Origin: Candidatus Zixiibacteriota bacterium
Lineage (GTDB): Bacteria; Zixibacteria; MSB-5A5; WJJR01
Length of the DNA stretch: 37,412 bases
Assembly: GCA_036170655.1 (NCBI GenBank)
Contig: JAVHPP010000141.1
Coordinates: forward strand, 38,737 to 76,148
Reading direction: 5' to 3'
The notes below the pieces were generated by a model. The model did no database searches. It was not told the DNA's origin and saw only the letters and a program-made list of their open reading frames with translations. A program made the translations under genes and the position numbers. Shown here in pieces: positions 34,982 to 37,412 of this stretch (its first letter is position 1; each line of letters begins with the position of its first letter).

Positions 34982-35710
34982 ATGGCCAGATCATTGAGGA
35001 CCGGAGAACATCGCCGCGTGCTTGGGCGCGCTCTCCAACTCCAGATCACCGACTGGGGGATGCTTCCCTACGGTGAGGCGCACAGGAGGCAATTGGCCGC
35101 AGTGGAAGCCCGTCTCTCCGGACGTTGTGGCGACACCCTGTTCTTGGTCGAGCACCCACACGTCTACACTCTTGGTCGTGGCACGACGGCTGATCGTTCC
35201 GGACTGCCACCGGTCCTATTCGGTGAACCTGTGGAAAGTGTCCGTGTGGAACGGGGAGGCAGTATCACGTACCACGGCCCCGGTCAGTTAGTGGCGTACC
35301 CTGTCGTGGATGTGAAACTGCTCACCGGCGACCTCCATCAGTTCCTGCGCTGGCTCGAGGAAGTGGTCATCCGGACAATTGCAGAGTGGGGAATCGAAGG
35401 GGAACACCACCCAAGCCACACCGGCGTCTGGGTGGAGGAACGCAAAGTTGCGTCCATCGGCGTGGCCGTGCGACGGTGGGTGTCCTATCACGGTGTTGCC
35501 CTCAACGTCTCAACCGATCTGAGGTACTTTGGATGCATTCACCCCTGTGGCTTGCCGTCGGCGGTGATGACATCGATGGAATCGCTGACCGGCGAGAGAA
35601 TTGCGCTAAGCGACGTCAAAGTACGCCTGGTCAAGGTCTTTTCTTCGATGTATCACGAGGGAATTACACCGGCATCAATCCGCGGGGCCGAAACAGGGCC
35701 ATCCGCGTAA
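34982..35710 (+). CDS. lipB: Lipoyl(octanoyl) transferase
   Basis: EHPHVYTLGR, RGGSITYHGPGQLVAYP, KVASIG, HGVALNV, I.PCG; start uncertain. Confidence 0.95.
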   Translation: MARSLRTGEHRRVLGRALQLQITDWGMLPYGEAHRRQLAAVEARLSGRCGDTLFLVEHPHVYTLGRGTTADRSGLPPVLFGEPVESVRVERGGSITYHGPGQLVAYPVVDVKLLTGDLHQFLRWLEEVVIRTIAEWGIEGEHHPSHTGVWVEERKVASIGVAVRRWVSYHGVALNVSTDLRYFGCIHPCGLPSAVMTSMESLTGERIALSDVKVRLVKVFSSMYHEGITPASIRGAETGPSA

Positions 35711-35717
35711 CACCGGG

Positions 35718-36347
35718 TCAGTGGCTGGTACTGCTCAGGACAACCGGGGTCCCCTGCTCGAAAGCATAGTATAAGATCTGCGCATCTTCCGGCGAGACCT
35801 GTATTTCGAGGATGCGGACCTTGGAGAGTGGACTCCACCGGCTTTTCCAATTGTACCATTTCTCGCTAAAGTCGATTGCGGCGTTGTGTCCGGCCTCCGT
35901 CATCACGCGCAGACGGAATCCGCCGGTCAACTCGATATCGAATCGCTCGGGCAACAATCGCTGAATTTGCACCGGATCAACTGAGGCGACTTCAGACACG
36001 ATTCTGATCACCGTGTCCGAGATCTGCGCATGGCCCGCCCACACACGATGTCCCAGCGTCGTCTGCCATTGTAACGGGGTTTTCTCGCGCCAGTCCCGGG
36101 CGAAATCGGACATGTCGCCGGGATCGTCAAGGGGCATGAACTTCACCGTCACCAGAGGCAGCGTGCCGTACGAAATCTCAATGTTGTCCTGGCTGATGTT
36201 CAGCAGCGCGAAATAGATGGTATCGGTGGCGAAACAGGCGGGAATGCGTACGCCATTCTGATCTTTCGACCCGGCGGAAGGTGTTGTCCCTGCATGCGTG
36301 GCTGTGCTCAGCAGCGCTACGATCATGAACAGATGGAGTGTTTTCAA
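35718..36347 (-). CDS. Secreted protein, probable catalytically dead YkuD-like paralog
   Basis: TTG 36347 gives signal peptide MKTLHLFMIVALLSTATHAG; C-terminus VSPEDAQILYYAFEQGTPVVL mirrors the neighbour's LRSEDIKRLYDAAPAGTPVVI. Confidence 0.7.
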   Translation of the reverse strand: MKTLHLFMIVALLSTATHAGTTPSAGSKDQNGVRIPACFATDTIYFALLNISQDNIEISYGTLPLVTVKFMPLDDPGDMSDFARDWREKTPLQWQTTLGHRVWAGHAQISDTVIRIVSEVASVDPVQIQRLLPERFDIELTGGFRLRVMTEAGHNAAIDFSEKWYNWKSRWSPLSKVRILEIQVSPEDAQILYYAFEQGTPVVLSSTSH

Positions 36348-36361
36348 GGGCGCTTCAGCTC

Positions 36362-37033
36362 TCAGAAGATAACGACCGGAGTCCCTGCGGGTGCGGCGTC
36401 GTAGAGACGCTTGATGTCCTCGCTGCGCAGGCGCACACAGCCATGTGTGACCGCGACCCCGATCAGTCGCTCGTAGATGGTGCCGTGGATAAAGAAGCCG
36501 TTGCCGAATCCCACGGCATAGTCTCCCATGACATTGGGATCGAGGCGATCCGCTTCCTTCTTGGGGATCGGTTCCCCTTCCTCGATGAAGGCCCAGTCGG
36601 GTTTGCGCCACCAGGGATCGGTGATGCGTGAACCCACATGGAAGCGGCCTTTCGGGGTGTCGAAGCGCCAGACTCGTCCACCGCCGGTGTCGACCAGTTG
36701 CGAGCCCGTGCCTGTTGAGCAAAGAGCGCTGAACAGGACGCTGTCAGGTGTGCGCATATACAGTCGGTTGGTATGAGAATCGATAACGATATATTGATCT
36801 TTGGGGCGTCCCTTCTTCGGCGGGCGTTTCGCGGGCAACGTCAGGTTGGACGTCTCGGCGGAGCAGCCGCTGGTCTTCGACTGCAGTTTCTTCTGGGCTT
36901 GCAGGGCCAGCGAATCAATGCTGGGTGGTGCGTCGGTCCACTGAAATTCCGGCGGCGGGCGAAAGACGACCAGCACCGCCAGTGTGGCGGCGATCACCGC
37001 GAGAATCAGAATCAGAATCAGAATGCGCTTCAT
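36362..37033 (-). CDS. L,D-transpeptidase (YkuD family), N-terminal signal/anchor
   Basis: YIVID, STG, TPKG.F, FIHGT...THGCVRL; ATGA overlap at 37030-37033 with the upstream gene. Confidence 0.93.
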   Translation of the reverse strand: MKRILILILILAVIAATLAVLVVFRPPPEFQWTDAPPSIDSLALQAQKKLQSKTSGCSAETSNLTLPAKRPPKKGRPKDQYIVIDSHTNRLYMRTPDSVLFSALCSTGTGSQLVDTGGGRVWRFDTPKGRFHVGSRITDPWWRKPDWAFIEEGEPIPKKEADRLDPNVMGDYAVGFGNGFFIHGTIYERLIGVAVTHGCVRLRSEDIKRLYDAAPAGTPVVIF

Positions 37034-37412
37034 CTGGGCCACCCGTCACAACGGCGCACGATCGCAACCCGGTCTCCCACATCCATCAGGGCGATGACCC
37101 TGTCCATATCGTTATTTGCCAATGCCACGCAACCGCGCGTCCAGTCGAAGCCCTTGCCTCCCTGCCCGTGGATCTCAATGTCTCCGCCGATGCGGAAGTT
37201 GCGCGAAAGCTCGCCGTTCCGGCGGGCTTTCTCAAATCGCCGGCGGTCCTCCGCGTTGGGATAATCCAGCAAGAGAGCTTTATAGTATTTACTGCCGCTT
37301 GGCCGTCTCTTGATAACTGTGTAGACCCCTTCCGGTGTCGCCGCATCCCCTGCGTAGAGCTTCTCCCGCGCCGAGCGATACCCTAGTTCCACGGGGAAGA
37401 TATCGACGATCT
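37030..37412 (-). CDS. L,D-transpeptidase family protein (YkuD; DpaA/YafK-like motifs), 5' part outside the window
   Basis: GD..TPEG.Y, LDYPN.ED, GGDIEIHG......WTRGCVAL; frame open to the window edge. Confidence 0.9.
   Translation of the reverse strand, partial: IVDIFPVELGYRSAREKLYAGDAATPEGVYTVIKRRPSGSKYYKALLLDYPNAEDRRRFEKARRNGELSRNFRIGGDIEIHGQGGKGFDWTRGCVALANNDMDRVIALMDVGDRVAIVRRCDGWPR

Noticed and set aside
36348..36722. N-terminal 125 codons of ORF 35718..36722
   Set aside because: Mostly an alternative frame of the L,D-transpeptidase gene; the signal peptide begins at TTG 36347
37002..37024. (AGAATC)n hexamer repeat as a phase-variation tract
   Set aside because: A 6-bp unit keeps the frame and encodes ILILILIL of the signal/anchor
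1..37412. CRISPR array, integrase, transposase, prophage or defence genes
   Set aside because: No regularly spaced repeat-spacer array and no such protein motifs were seen

Overview
A GC-rich bacterial chromosomal window. Gene content (T9SS-type C-terminal domain, PorV-like protein, carboxypeptidase-regulatory-domain TonB receptor, holB-ricT-metG-tatD-rsmA run) points by inference to an FCB-superphylum organism such as Zixibacteria or KSB1. In order it holds: (1) a probable 6S RNA with its own promoter and terminator, plus a small Cys-rich protein (minus strand); (2) a long plus-strand housekeeping run: class II aldolase, aminotransferase-like, folB, folK, dNK-like, panBCD, GlmU N-domain only, hypothetical, LytR-C protein, rsfS, rho, holB, ricT/PSP1, metG, tatD, rsmA; (3) an envelope block: beta-barrel protein, two paralogous lipoproteins, TonB-dependent receptor, a ~1000-aa secreted protein with a T9SS-like CTD, PorV-like protein, orphan solute-binding protein, CxxCH-bearing histidine kinase and stand-alone receiver; (4) tRNA-Gln(CUG) and a Lys/Pro/Ala-rich protein (minus); (5) 2-oxoacid dehydrogenase E1a/E1b/E2 plus lipB; (6) an L,D-transpeptidase cluster (minus), cut by the window end. 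The most notable observations are the receptor/cargo/PorV/sensor module, three apparent pseudo-enzymes (aminotransferase without the PLP lysine, dNK without the Walker A lysine, YkuD-like protein without His/Cys), a probable ATT start codon for rsfS, and mini-ORFs that bridge palindromic repeats inside operons. No CRISPR array, integrase or transposase was seen. All calls come from reading motifs by eye; no database search was run.
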